Assembly (NCBI GenBank): GCA_964016885.1
Contig: OZ024743.1
Coordinates: 176,576,001-176,640,000 of the forward strand
Direction: 5' to 3'
Origin: Eledone cirrhosa
Taxonomy: Eukaryota
Length of the DNA stretch: 64,000 nt
The notes under the pieces were generated by a model that was given only the letters and a program-made list of their open reading frames with translations, was not told the DNA's origin and ran no database searches. How positions within the stretch are numbered: position 1 is the first letter of the stretch; every line of letters starts with the position of its first letter. Positions 26,591 to 43,027 of the stretch are shown here, one piece after another. The position numbers and the translations under genes were made by a program.

Positions 26591-27223
26591 ATATATATAT
26601 ATACATACATACACATATAGATTCAGCGATAATCGCATTTCGGCGGGTAGGAAAGGCTAAACGAAACGCAAAAATCAGAGATGACACTGACAAAGTGCTC
26701 AATAGTTAAAAACCAGAGCTAAACAATGTGTTAAGAAGCCATACAAAATTGAAAAAGTGGTCAAGAAAGCATTAACCACCTAACCCAAAAAGCAAATCAA
26801 GCTAAACAGGTCAAAACAAAATAAATGATAAAAAATAAATGATAAAACCAGACCTGGACCCTCGGAATTGCTGTTAAAATCCAATGCAGGGTTTCTATGA
26901 CACCTAAATTAAAATACTGTCTGCTTAAAAATATAAGCTTTTGGTATAATGATCGAACAAGGAATATCACGTTATCAACAGGTAGTTTTCTCCGTACCAA
27001 CTATGTGAGTGACACAGAGCCAAGTTAAACCAGGTGTGGAAATCACAAGGGGAAATACCCCCAGATTTTGGCAAAAGAATTCAGTAAGTGTATATCATGC
27101 AAACAATTTCATAAATACCACAAATCGAATAAGTTCTCAACCGCGTGGTTTTCAAAATAAACTTATACAATTAACCTGTCAATAGAAATTATTAACAAGT
27201 TAATTGTAAGACACGGGAGATTA

Positions 27224-28260
<1,037 letters not shown>

Positions 28261-28544
28261 TATATATATATATACGGGGTCGGAAGAAATACCTTAAATA
28301 TTTATTTCGTCCTCTTGCATTCTTCGTTTAAATCCTGCTGAGGCCTACCTATTTTAACACCACCCCCTGAATCTTATGTGCATGTAACGCCGTCAGGACC
28401 CCGTTTGAGAATACATTCCTCACAATCATTCCCACCAGCCCCGGAAGCTCTAAAAAATGTCAGGGCGCTGTACTTCCTCTTGAAAAGGGATAAAAACCTG
28501 GTAGTGGGGTACAAACAAACGTCTTGCGATGTTTAGACCTCTCC

Positions 28545-29118
28545 CTACTTAGAGATGTCCATATACAGACCCGCCACTATCTAAATCCGTCTCTATTTCG
28601 ACTCGTCTCTATTTAGACACGTCCGTCCCTACATAGAGCCGTCGCTATTTAGACCCCTCTCTATCTCAGACCCGTCTCTATTTAGAGCCATCTCTATCTA
28701 ATACCCGTCTCTATTTAGAGTTATCTCTGTCTAAGACCCGTCTCTATTTAGACTCATCTCTATCTAAGACCCGTCCCTATTTATACCCGTCTCTATTTAG
28801 ACTCGTTTCTATCTAAGACTCGTCTCTATTTAGACCCGTCTCTCTTTAGACCCGTCACTATTTAGACCCGTCTCTATTTAGACTCGTCTCTATCTAAGAC
28901 CCGTCTCTATCTAAGACCCGTCTCTATCTAAGACCTGTCTCTATCTAAAACCCATCGCTATTTAAACCCGTCTCTATTTAGACACGTCTCTGTTTAGACA
29001 CATCCGTCGCTACATTGACCCGTCAGTATTTATTTAGACTCGTCTCTATCTAGACCAGTCCCAGCTTAGATTCGTCTCTATTTAGACCTGTCGTCTCTCT
29101 CTAGACACGTCTCTATTA
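28545..29118. repeat. 16-17-bp degenerate minisatellite
   Basis: Unit gtctctatttagaccc / gtctctatctaagaccc. Confidence 0.9.
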
Positions 29119-29464
29119 AAAACCTTCCCTAATAGATTTGGTCCTACAATGTTCTGTGTTAAAATCTCGTCGTGTGTACATTATATTCCATCTCTGGAGA
29201 GTCGATAAAACGTACTGAATTTGATTCAATCTACCACACTCCTTGCCTACATTTTATGGCTATGAGACAAAAGAAGAAATCATTACTTTTTCATTAGCAA
29301 TTAACGGTGTTCTCTATAGAAGTATCTCGCTGGGTAATAAGGTAAATAGTATTAATATACTTGGGTAGATTATATAGACTGTATTCAATTCTCGATAATA
29401 TATATATATACTCCCACAGATATGTATAGATATATATATGTGTATATATCTATGTATTTGTGTG

Positions 29465-29499
<35 letters not shown>

Positions 29500-29785
29500 A
29501 TGGATGTGTCTGTGGTTTACTATAGATTCAAAGAAGGAAAACAATATTTGCGATTAATAAATGTTGTTGTCATAGCTGGTTTAGTGGTTGTTGTTGTTTC
29601 TTGTTGTTTATATTATTATCGATGTATTCATCTACTCTAATATGACAAATGTCATTGATATTTTTTTAAATAGCCGTCAAATTTTTACCAATCACGCTAA
29701 CACAATCCTTGATTATATCCCTTCCATTAATCTTACAAAGTTATTTCTTATCTTCGATAAACACTTCACACACACACACATACAC

Positions 29786-29828
<43 letters not shown>

Positions 29829-30154
29829 CTCTCTCTCATTCGCCCTCTCTCGCCCTCTCTATGGCCTGTAGATGTAAACATTATATCAGTCGTATTCAGC
29901 AAACCTTGAGCAAAATTATGAAAGCATTCTAAGCCTTAAGTAAGTTGCTTCAATGCGTGATTTTTTACTTAGTCGAATAAGTTGGGCATAAATAGTCGAA
30001 TAAGTTGGGCATATAAAACACTACATACTTTAGTATTCTTCGTTCCTCATCCTCTTTTTTTCTTTCTTCTTCCTATTCTTCAACTTCTTCGCCTTTTCCT
30101 CTTCCTCCCCTCCTTGTTTTCCTGTTCTTTCTTCCTTTTCCTCTTTGTCTTCAG

Positions 30155-31820
<1,666 letters not shown>

Positions 31821-31926
31821 ATCATAATACAGACATATCTGTCACTTCTCTCATGTGCTTTTTTGGTGTATGTATATATGTGTATGTGTATATATGAGTG
31901 TGATTGTTTGTGTAGGTGTATAGTGA

Positions 31927-31961
<35 letters not shown>

Positions 31962-32107
31962 TGTGTGAGCGTGATGGTCTGTATGTGTGTGTGTATAGTG
32001 TGTTTTTGTGTGTGTATTCTGTGTATATATAGATATATTCACCTCTCGCTCTCTCTTTGTATGCATATCTATCAATCAATCTCTCTCTCTCTCTGTTTCT
32101 CTGTGTT

Positions 32108-32183
<76 letters not shown>

Positions 32184-32321
32184 TTTACATACATATATAT
32201 ATACATATATTTACATACATATATATATACATATATATATATACATATATTTACATACATATATATATATATACATATATATTTACATATATATATATAT
32301 ACTTATATATATATATATACT

Positions 32322-32353
<32 letters not shown>

Positions 32354-32442
32354 CATATACATATATATACATATATAAATATACATACATATATATACAT
32401 GTATATATAAGTATATTTACATACATATATATATGTATTTAT

Positions 32443-32480
<38 letters not shown>

Positions 32481-32571
32481 CGAAAGAATTGTGGTAAGGA
32501 ACCAGGTGGACCATAACGCACCAAAGTACTCAATACTTAGGGTAGTAGAGTGGGTAATAGGAACGAGTAGG

Positions 32572-32667
32572 ACCCCAACGGCTGAGATCAAGCCGTTTCG
32601 ACGGCTAATTCTGGACTAAATGAACATTTTTATCCTGGTAAATGAATAGCCGAGCTTCTCAGGGGGT
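32572..32667 (-). ncRNA. Hammerhead-like fold, left-arm copy (core CTGAGAAG)
   Basis: Reverse complement of the 33470-33565 fold, with perfect CGGCTA/TAGCCG stem II pairing and a GUU triplet. Confidence 0.55.
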
Positions 32668-33469
32668 AATATTCCATATATGGTAAAAGTGATTGTCACA
32701 AGGATTGGTCAAAATTTGTTGTTGAGACACATAATTCTATCATGGCATTTTGTGGAAGGAAGGGGTAGCTGAACTTGCCAGTAGAAGAAAGAGGGAGAGG
32801 GAGTGGAGGAAACCCAGTCGTGCGTTGAAAGTGACGACTACAGCAGAATCCCAAGGATAAGAGGTCAAGAGGGGGAGGGTGGGGGGAGGAAGTCGAAACA
32901 ACAAGTAGATCTATATGGAGTAAATCTATATAGAATAATAAGAATGTTAAAAATATAAAAAAAACACAATTTCCGGTTACTATTCCCCTACCACAATCAT
33001 CAAATCTCTCACTAGACTATAGAAAAGTTTAATAGGTGAGGCGGGATACTAAATACGAGATTGTAGTGAAAGAATTTTATGAGTTAGTAGTACTCGGCCT
33101 AATCTATCTTACAATGACAGGTCAACAAGTCGGCGGCCAAAATAGTAAAAAAAAAACTAATACGAAATAATAATTCAGAGTCCCGAAACTAATACGAAAT
33201 ATTAATTCAGATCCCGAAAATGAATACTAATACGATATATAAGAGTGCCGCTACAATACATAAATTATAATGCAAACTGCATAAATGCTCGTACGATATA
33301 TAAGAAAAAATTAAAAAGAAAAATTAATTCAGAATCCCGTCTCCCTCATTCTTCTACTCGCAAGTTCAGCTACCCCTTCCTTCCACAAAATGCCATGATA
33401 GAATTATGTGTCAACAACAAACTTTTGACCAATCCTTGTGACAATCACTTTTACCATATATGGAACATT

Positions 33470-33565
33470 ACCCCCTGAGAGGCTCGGCTATTCATTTACC
33501 AGGATAAAAATATTCATTTAGTCCAGAATTAACCGTCGAAACGGCTTGATCTCAGCCGTCGGGGT
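33470..33565 (+). ncRNA. Hammerhead-like fold with long stem II and atypical core (right arm of fold-back element)
   Basis: ACCCC CTGAGAG gct CGGCTA ttc ...gaat TAACCG tc GAAA CGGCT tgatctc AGCCG TC GGGGT; stem I extends via GGAAC/GTTCC. Confidence 0.6.
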
Positions 33566-33782
33566 CCTACTCGTTCCTATATATATATATATTTATATAT
33601 ATATATATATATTATTGCACATTGAAACATTGAAGCAAAAACTTTAATCAATGATGAGTCATCTAAGTGAAAATAACAATTTATAAATAAACACATGATT
33701 CGATTGATTGTACTATAATAACACTGTTAACACGAAACATATTCAAATATTCTACACATGTAGCATCATTATCATTTAGCTG

Positions 33783-33833
<51 letters not shown>

Positions 33834-33837
<4 letters not shown>

Positions 33838-34015
33838 GTTTCTTCTTTTGGCACAAGGACAGCAATTACCCTAGTTTATTACTGGTACTTTATTTTATCG
33901 ACCCCGTAAGGATGAAAGGCAAAGTTAACCTCAGCAGGATTTGAACTCAGAACATAAAGGGCCATAACTATGCTGTAAAGAATAGTGTCTGACGCTCTAC
34001 TGATACTGTCACTCC
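33834..34015 (-). mobile_element. Meta/MESC-like SINE
   Basis: Consensus core. Confidence 0.85.
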
Positions 34016-34913
34016 ATAATAATAATAATATTTATACTTATATATACACTATATATAATTATAAACAGGAAAGGTCAGTAATTCATTACCACCTTATTAC
34101 CAGTAAGAAAAATAGCTCAATGTAAATACATCAGATGTTTTACAGAGCCGGAATATAAATTAAACCGTTAGACAGATCACTCTAGAACAACTCGAACCCT
34201 TGATAAGATTGTAATAGGACCAATATACAATCCATAGTTGTAGCTACTAATAAACATTTACTAAAATATAACCAATGTAATGTAAAGGAAAACCTTAATA
34301 TTAATACTCACTACACATGCACATTTGAACATTACCGGAACAATTATCACATTGCATCCACTATAAACTTCATAGAAACTGCTTTTCATACCCACGCATC
34401 TCTGTCTGCTTAATATGCTTTTATACCTGTATTGTATTATGTAATACCTTTGCCATACTGTGATATATATGCTTAGTACCATTGCTTGTTTCTTACCTGG
34501 TTATTCTGTACATGCCTAATACCTCTGCACTCTCTCTATACGTTTGCATATGTACCGCTAATGTCCACGTTTTGCGAGTAACTTTCTTCTTTAATTTCTC
34601 TATAATTGTTGTATTATTCTTTTATAATCTTTGTCGCATCCACTGATACTGACCACATCATCTTCACTCTTTAAATATGACACTATTAATGACAACACTA
34701 ACATATACGTATCTTTACGATTGTTCTGTGGAATAGGAGGTTAATTATATGTCTAAACTTTGCTAGTGCTCCGATGATATCAAACGAAAGTTTGGAAGAA
34801 ACGATTGTCAGCAATAAAATGTTTTGAACATAATTTTGATTATTCTGTAATTTATATAAATATATATATATATATTTATCGATAGATATAGACACATAAA
34901 TATATATAGAGAG

Positions 34914-35073
34914 AGGAAATTTTTCAGGACCCCGACGGTAGAGTTCAAGCCGTATCGACGGCTATTTCTGGACTCGGGGTCCTGAAAATGTTACTATTAC
35001 CCACTCTACTACCCAAAGTATCGAGTACTCTGGCGCGTTATGGTCCACCTGGTTCCTTACCACACTTCCTTCG

Positions 35074-35075
<2 letters not shown>
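34914..35075. mobile_element. Fold-back family B copy 4
   Basis: ttttcaggaccccga...tcggggtcctgaaaa arms plus tail ending ccttcgtt(at)n. Confidence 0.8.
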
Positions 35076-35107
<32 letters not shown>

Positions 35108-35159
35108 GTGTGTGTGTGTTGAAGTTTTACTCGCACGTACGCAGCACGCTATATTACGA

Positions 35160-37592
35160 TGAGAGGGGAAACTCGTTTACATAGCCCTCAGTATTTTACT
35201 GGTATTTTATTTTAACCTCAAAATGATGAAGGGAAAAGACAAAGTTCACCCCAGCGGGATTTGAACTCAGGTCGTTGACTGTCAGAACAAATACTATAAA
35301 ACATTCTCTCATGCGCTCTACTGACGCTGGCAATCCAGCAATATTAATACTGTACTTATGACATAGGGTAGGCCCTTTAACGATCTGTGTTCAAATCCTA
35401 CCGAGGTTAGCTTTGTCTTTCATCCTTAGGGGGTCGACGAAATAAAATACCAGTAATGCACTAAGGTCGATTTGATCCATTTTTCCCCTCTTCAAAAATT
35501 GTTGGCCATGTGCCTAAATCAGAAACTAATATTAATACTATATGATTTGTAATGATTCTTTGTGACATTGGCGCTAGTCATAGCAATTTGGGAGAAAGAG
35601 AAAATCGATTATATCGACCCTAGTTATTAACACGTCCATTATTTTATCGAATCCGGTAGGATAAAAGGCAATGTTGATTTCAGCGAGATATGAACTGAGA
35701 ACTTAAAGAGCCACGACGAAGTGCCGCAAGTCGTTTTTCCCGAAGTTCTAATGATTCCGCCAATCCGGCCATATTAATAATATTAATAACGATACTTTCT
35801 AAAACTGGTCCAAGGTCAGCAATTTTGGAAATGAGGAAAGTCGATTATACCGAGCCCTGTAAATGATTAATACTTTATTTTATCGACCTCATAAAAAAAA
35901 TGAAAGGCAAAGTTGACCTTGGTGGGATTAGAACTGAGAATGTAAAAGCGGCAACACTGTAATGTCATTTGCCTGACGTTCGAACGGCTCAGCTAATCCA
36001 CCGCCGTTATGAGACGCCGAGGTTGACTTTGCCTTTCATCCTTACGGGGTCGATAAAATAAAGTACCAATAATGCACTGGGGTAATTGCTGGCCTTGTGC
36101 CAAAAAGTAGAAACAGTTATGAAAATATTATTAATGGTTTCTGATTTTAGACTCAACGCCAACAATTTTAAATCGACCCCAGTACATTATTGGTGCTTTA
36201 TTTTATCGACCACCTAAGGATGAAACGCAAAGCTAACCTGAGCGTTATTTGAACTCAGAACGTAAAGACTCAGAACGTAATGGGACGTAACTTTATGCTG
36301 AAAAGTATATTGTGCGATGATCTACCGTTACTCCCAATCCTCTGCCCTTTATGAGATTAGTAATAATAGTTTCTGATTCAAGAACAAAGCCAATAATTTT
36401 GGAAGAGATGAAAGTCGATTAAACCTACTCCAATGAGTTACTAGCACTTTATTTCATCGACCTCGTGAGGATGAAAGGCAAAACTAACCTCACCGAGATT
36501 CGAATTCAGAACCTGAAGGGACGTAACTCTGTGCCACAAATCATATTGCCCGATGCTCTACCGATAGTGTCAATCCACCGCTCTTTATTAGATTAGTAAT
36601 AAAAATAAGAAGAAAACGTCGATAATGTATGTATTGTATCAGATTATTGAGTGTTATCTATCATCTCTGCTCGCTTCTGTCATATATAATCATCTCCATC
36701 TGATAGTGTTGTTTGAAAGCAGCTTCTTCCTTTCTTTCTCTCTTTCTTGCTTTCTTTCTTTCTCTCTGTCCTTTTCTATTATATTGTAATATTGTGTAAC
36801 GTATGTTGTGTTATCTTATCTCCTGTTATGTCATGTGATGTTAAGCTAAATTATGTCGTTAATGAAGGTAAGTGGCTTAGTGGTTAAGGTGTTGGCATCA
36901 CGGTCGTAGGCGACGTTTCAGGTGTTAACACATTGTCAGTCACAACCGATGAAAGGCTCTCTCTTAATTTGGGAAGGAACTTATGAGGCACTTTTTAGAA
37001 GGATGGCTCTTTCGAGGAGAGACATAAGGTGGAGGCACATTTTGTGGTATGTGATACCTTTAGTCTACTACATTAATAAAAGAACTGTAGCTATGCCACT
37101 GAGGGTAAATCCATGTTGGAGTATATGGCCTTCAGTGGTGAAAGTCCTGCCTGAAGGATGAAAAGTAAATTTGAACTAGGCAGGATTTCAACCCAGAACC
37201 ATAAAGTGCCCTCTTTAAATGCTACAAAGCTTTTTTTCCTGTCGTTTTAATGATCCTTCCAATTCTCCTCCATTAGTAATAATTGTTTCTACTTTTGGCA
37301 CAAGGCCAAAATAGCCTAGTACATTACTGGTACTTTAACGACCCCATAAGGATGAAAGGCAAAGTTAACCGCGGCGGGATTTGAACTCAGACCATAAAGG
37401 GCCATAATTCTTTCCTGTAAAGCATTGCGTCCGACCCTCTACCGATACTGCCAATCCACTGCCCTATTAGTAATAATTGTTTCTACTTTTGGCACAAGGC
37501 CAGCAATTATCCCAGTGTATTACTGGTACTTTATTTTATCGACCCCGTAAGGATGAAAGGCAAACTTAACCTCGGCGGGATTTGAACTCATA
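35160..37592. mobile_element. Dense array of about ten Meta/MESC-like SINEs, mixed orientation
   Basis: Repeated ggatgaaaggcaaagttaacctcggcgggatttgaactcag (-) and its complement (+ at ~35370 and 36016). Confidence 0.85.
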
Positions 37593-37799
37593 CTGTAATA
37601 ATGATTTCTAATATAGTTACAAGTTCAGATTTTTTGGTGTGGTGGGGTGGGGGGTCACTTATAAAGTACATGACTGGTATTCTATTGTATCAAACTCGTA
37701 AGGGTGAAAAGTTGCTGTTGCACGTTTTTATGCAATTTTGCAATTTATTAAATCTAATTTTTAATTATCGTTTCTACATGCCATTCTCTTATGTATCTG

Positions 37800-37876
<77 letters not shown>

Positions 37877-37935
37877 AGTATATATATATATACAAGTATA
37901 TATACAAGTATATCAAGTATATACATATATATACA

Positions 37936-38158
37936 TAAGAAGGTTGTTGCTGAAAAGTTCCTGGCTTTAGGTAAAAGCAAATACAGGAGTTTCAGTTAAT
38001 TATGATTTTATTCAACATATTCCCCTGTCAGATTCATACACTTATTGCAGCGGTCCTTCAATTTTTCTAAGACTTGTAAAAAGAACTCGGAAGGCTGGGC
38101 CTCCAACTGGGCCTCTTAAATACCCTTAAAGCCAGAACCATATCAGCACCCTTTCGTA
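37936..38158. mobile_element. Mariner-type MITE
   Basis: Imperfect TIRs ta.gaagg..gttgctgaaaagttcctggcttta / taaagccagaacc..tcagcaccctttcgta, with TA ends. Confidence 0.75.
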
Positions 38159-38360
38159 TATACACATATATATGTATTTATATGTGTGTGCACGTATATA
38201 TGTATGCATACACTTGCAAACACGCATGCCCATATAGGTTTATACGAGCATGTGTGTATATTTGCTGTTATTGCAGACTGTGTACCTCTTTATCAAGATT
38301 TATGTTTATCTGTGACACGAAATTTCATTCTTTATTTCATCTTTCTTTCTTCCATTTCAG

Positions 38361-39692
38361 ACAATCTGCAAACTCTTCGGATTTTTCTTCAACCTGTTTT
38401 CAATCGCCTCCATCCTATCCATCGTGGCAATAGCACTTGATCGTTATTCAGCAATCATTCATTGTCTAGAATATTCTTCCTGGTCGGCATACAAATATGT
38501 TGGCAGTCTCACAGCTTGGATATGGTTGCAGGCTACAGGATCTGCTTTCATGCCACTATTCGGAGTTGGTAGTTATTGCGTAGAGAAATTCATTTGTGTT
38601 ACTGTCTGGTCCAACTTGGTCTACACTATTTTCATGTGCATCCTGAACTTCTTCATCCCTCTATTTCTCATGCTCTTTTGCTACATTACTATCATCAAGG
38701 TGGCACGTTGCCATGCAACACGTATAACAGCTGTGCAATCACAAGCGAGAAAGTTTTCTGACATAGACATGACAGGTCCTGTTGCTACTGCTATTGCACA
38801 TCCTCTTCGGCGGCTTTCAATGATCAGCTTTCCCACTGCCACCAACATGGATTACGAAGGAATAGATCAACTCCATGGAGCATTCACTAGCGACATCGAA
38901 CAAGACACCTTCAGTGACCTTGATAGTTATTCTCCAATAAATCTTACAGTGCCAGGAATTCGGAGGGACATACGGACGGGCATTCGATTGTTGGGTGCTA
39001 TCTTGGCATATGTTCTTTTCTATTTTACCTACATTTACGTGAAAATGACCAACCAAGACAGTAGTTCAATATCCCATCTGGAAATGTTCGGAACATGGAT
39101 GTGTCTCTTGTCCAGCGCATGTAATCCATTCCTTTATGCAATCGTCAGTAAACGTTTCCGATTGGCGGTACGGCGATTATTCAAACAGAGAAGGAAACGC
39201 TCTGCACATAAAAACCGATGTACTCTACAGAAAATTCACAACAATTCACCAAGAATATGGCAGCGAAGGAGGGCTGGTTCCTCCAGTAGCGACCCAACGT
39301 CTGAAAAGGTGAAAGCAACTGAAAAAAGAATGCCTTCGTTATTATCTCTTCCTTCACTAGCACAAATTCAAGACACTTCAAATGAAACACATGATCAAGA
39401 GGATTCGATGACAGTATCAAAAAGCACCACTCAGTTCTTAGAAGTACCGCATGCTCACGCAAGCAGAGTTCAAACAAGTAGTAACGTTTCAGAAACTAAA
39501 ACAAAAATTCCCGTTAATGGTATGGCTATAACAGTTCCGATTGAATCAAAGAACGGGTTAATAAAAAAATGGTTAAAATTTCGATCGGAATCGATCGGAA
39601 AAACAAAGAAGAAATCTGAGCAGGACTCGGATATGTTTAGTGGTGACAATAAAGCAAATATAAAAATCCAAGTTGATTTAGTTGCAACATAA
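38361..39692 (+). CDS. Terminal coding exon (TM3 to C-terminus) of a class A rhodopsin-like orphan GPCR
   Basis: Polypyrimidine tract plus acceptor ttctttcttccatttcag ends at 38360, in frame with ORF 38424..39692. Translation TICKLFGFFFNLFSIASILSIVAIALDRY gives C3.25 and DRY. TM4 W..P, ECL2 Cys, TM5 FFIP..LMLFCY, TM7 SACNPFLY (NPxxY), helix 8 SKRFR, long Ser/Thr-rich tail. Confidence 0.92.
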   Translation, partial: TICKLFGFFFNLFSIASILSIVAIALDRYSAIIHCLEYSSWSAYKYVGSLTAWIWLQATGSAFMPLFGVGSYCVEKFICVTVWSNLVYTIFMCILNFFIPLFLMLFCYITIIKVARCHATRITAVQSQARKFSDIDMTGPVATAIAHPLRRLSMISFPTATNMDYEGIDQLHGAFTSDIEQDTFSDLDSYSPINLTVPGIRRDIRTGIRLLGAILAYVLFYFTYIYVKMTNQDSSSISHLEMFGTWMCLLSSACNPFLYAIVSKRFRLAVRRLFKQRRKRSAHKNRCTLQKIHNNSPRIWQRRRAGSSSSDPTSEKVKATEKRMPSLLSLPSLAQIQDTSNETHDQEDSMTVSKSTTQFLEVPHAHASRVQTSSNVSETKTKIPVNGMAITVPIESKNGLIKKWLKFRSESIGKTKKKSEQDSDMFSGDNKANIKIQVDLVAT

Positions 39693-39731
39693 TTAATTAA
39701 TTTTTACTTTTCTTTATGAAATGTCGCCATG

Positions 39732-39737
39732 AATAAA
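39732..39737 (+). promoter_or_regulatory. Candidate polyadenylation signal of the GPCR transcript
   Basis: AATAAA ~40 nt after the stop codon; an AT-rich context makes chance occurrence likely. Confidence 0.3.
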
Positions 39738-40152
39738 TGACTGTTCAAAAGTAAATTTCGAAAAAAAAAAAAAAAAAGAACTCTTAAATTAACTATATTT
39801 TGAAAACATTTCCAAAACTTCGATTTTTCTAATGGTTCGCAAACATTCTGAACTTGGATAGAACGCGTATCTGTGTTATTTGAAGAGAGTTAAATAGAAG
39901 AAACAAAATACTTTAATTTTAAACAGTTTTTTTCCACAGATTTCTAGTTTTGATGCAAGTATCATACATTATTCTATACTAATATTTCATTGTTTCTTTT
40001 TTTTGTATTTATAAAAATCTATCTATCTGTTATATATACACACATATACACATACACGCACAACACATATACATTCAAACACATACACACACACATATAT
40101 ATATATATGAACGTATCATGTATGTATGTATAAATATGTTTATATATATATA

Positions 40153-40186
<34 letters not shown>

Positions 40187-40379
40187 CATATGTGTATGTA
40201 CACACACATACGCATATATATATATAAAGTGAAAAGCTGGACGGGAACAAAAACAGAGAGGCAGACAAATAAAGGTTTATGTATATATATATATATATGC
40301 GTATGTATGTGTGTGCACATACACATACACACACACATATATATGTATATATATACATATATATATACATCCATACACA

Positions 40380-40453
<74 letters not shown>

Positions 40454-42986
40454 CGTGTGTACGTATGTTATGTATATATACATATATAATGTCTTCACAC
40501 ATTTGGTTATCCGGCCACATACATGCATATTAGATTAGTTTTTAAGAATTCATTCTCTCAATTTTCAATATTCCTAAACATTCCTTACATAACTAAATTT
40601 CATATCTACCATTTCTTCGTGTTTAATGAAAGCTACGTCTACGATAGTTCTGGTTACTATAGAATGTCATAGAAAACAGAAAGAAATAAGTTATTACACG
40701 TGGAGTTAGAAGTTAATACACGTGGTGTTAGAAGTTAACATAGTGGTGGTGATGATGATGATGAGGAGGAGGAGGAGGAGAAGGGGGAGGCGAAGGGGGA
40801 GGCAAAGGAGGAGGAATACTTGGTAACTGTTAATCAGTCAGTTACACAAGATATTCAGGGTAAGTTATCTGATGTTTAGAAGAGAATATCTTTCAAGTGC
40901 CAAGAGATTTGAGAAAAACAAAAATATTGTTGATTTAAAAAAAAAATAAATGAATTATTTATTGATTTTTTTGTAAAGAAAAATTTCATCAATGGGATGG
41001 AAGAATGTCGATTAAAAATTTGTTATGTGATGATAAAATATCAAACCTCACTCATTTATTGCTTGTATAAGGTATATCTTCATTTTTAATGAACTTTCAT
41101 ATTAATGAGAAATATTGGAGATAAACTAATTGTTTTACAGACCACTTGCCAGTTAGTTTTCAATTTGCTTTTTTGTTTTGTTCTGTTATTGTTGTTATTG
41201 TTGTTATTGTTTTTCGTGGTGGTGTTGGTGGTGGTGGTACAACCAAATATCACACCTAATGATATAATACCCTGAAATACAGCAAACTTATTCGTAAATA
41301 AAACAAAATGAAGATAATTTCAAAGCTGATATTTAAATCGGCTTCACGCCATTGCCAAATATGTGGAACAAGTAATAGTATAGTGCCTCAAATACACAGG
41401 AAACTTCACTTTAATTTCATATTCTTAACCGATATTTGTAACTGTAAATACAATTTCACTCTCTACAACAGGCATCGCTGGGTAGTTTAAGAAGAATTTC
41501 GCTTCACAATCGCATGTTTTGGGGTTCGATCCCACTGCGTGACATCATCAGCCAGTGTCTTCTATCATAACATTGGATTGAACAAGGTCTTGTGATAACA
41601 ATTGAGACGACAAATAATGTGTAGAAAGCCATCAGATAGACTGTGCCTGTTCTTTCTTGAATTTAATCCGTTTTGCTGTTTAACCTGACTATTATCACCT
41701 GGGATTTGGGTGAATTTTGCAAAGGCTACACTTTGGTAAACTTTCGGATAAACTCTTCAGTTTAAATATAGCTTATGAGATACGATATTTTGCTCCTTTA
41801 ACCCATTGGATTCTAAAACCACTGTCCTTCAACACATGACAAAACCATCAAAATATTAACTAAATTCTTACTCATATATAAAAAAACAAATAAAGCCTCC
41901 GGTCCTTGGGTGGAAGTGCGAAATGAAGCAGTATGATGTTCATGTGTGCCTTTGTCGATAGCATTAAAAACGTTTAGGGAGTGAAATAAATACAAATGAG
42001 AATCGAAACCTTCACTCATAATCTTCATACCAGGATCCAACCATTACTCAACGAGACTCATCACTGCCATACGTCTATTATTAATACTTTAATTAAGTTC
42101 AAGAATGGTGGGTTGATAGAATTAGTAGATCGTTGGCTAAAATACTATAGCAGTATCTGTTTTGAGTTCAAATCCCGCCGAGGTCAATTTTGCCTCTTAA
42201 TCTTTCGATAAAACAAAGTACTAGTCAATTACTGGGGTTGATTCAATCAAATTTTCTGGCCTTTGGCCGAATTCAAAAATCAATGTTTTAATTATGTCTG
42301 CCTTTTTAAGTAAAACAAACATTTTTATTCGTTTTGTTTGTGATTGGAGTTGTGGTTGGTGTTGTTGTTTAGCCGCTGGAGAGCCATGATTGGACAAAAC
42401 TGAAAACCATAGTTGCCTAATGGTTAGGGTGTTAAACTCGCAATCATAAGGTAGTGGGTTCGATTCCTGGACCGAGTGGTTCGTTATGTTCGTAAGTGTG
42501 ATACATTATTTCACGTCGCTATTCTTGATACGACTCGGGGTTTATTAAAACACTCAAGAAATCTCCCATGAAATACAAACTGTTATGAGGCCAGCTAAAG
42601 CTACATAAGTTGGGATTGTATATGTCATTTCGTTTTGTTATCTAATCTTACATAATCCAATATTAGTTTCAATACTATGAGAATAGAATGTGTTCTGAGG
42701 GAGATTCGATTGCTATTTCTCTCAAGGTAATGCATCCACATTAAAGACTGTTTCATTTGTATATGTTGGTAGTGAAGTAGAATGGGAACTAATAACAATT
42801 CATAAGTGAGAAAAGAATCGATAAAATAACCACGTCTTGTTTCCTTGAACATACCACCTTCATGCATGAATGGTTAAAGAATTCGCCTTGTAATCGTGTG
42901 GTTATGGGTTCAGTCCAAATGCACGGCACTATAGCCTCGTGGTGATCAATGCCTATTAAATGTAGTTGATGAATGTAAGCCCTCCG

Positions 42987-43021
<35 letters not shown>

Positions 43022-43027
<6 letters not shown>

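Larger units (their letters stand above)
32479..33579. mobile_element. Fold-back family B copy 3 (long): ~220-bp inverted arms, 580-bp spacer, one-sided tail
   Basis: 32558-32778 is the reverse complement of 33360-33579; same tail as copy 1; (TA)n flanks. Confidence 0.88.

Noticed and set aside
39732-39780. GPCR as a processed retrocopy (AATAAA followed by an A17 run)
   Set aside because: The coding region begins at a proper splice acceptor mid-protein and is intact; no TSD seen
41735-41767. CTGAAGA...CGAAA on the minus strand
   Set aside because: Stems II and III cannot form
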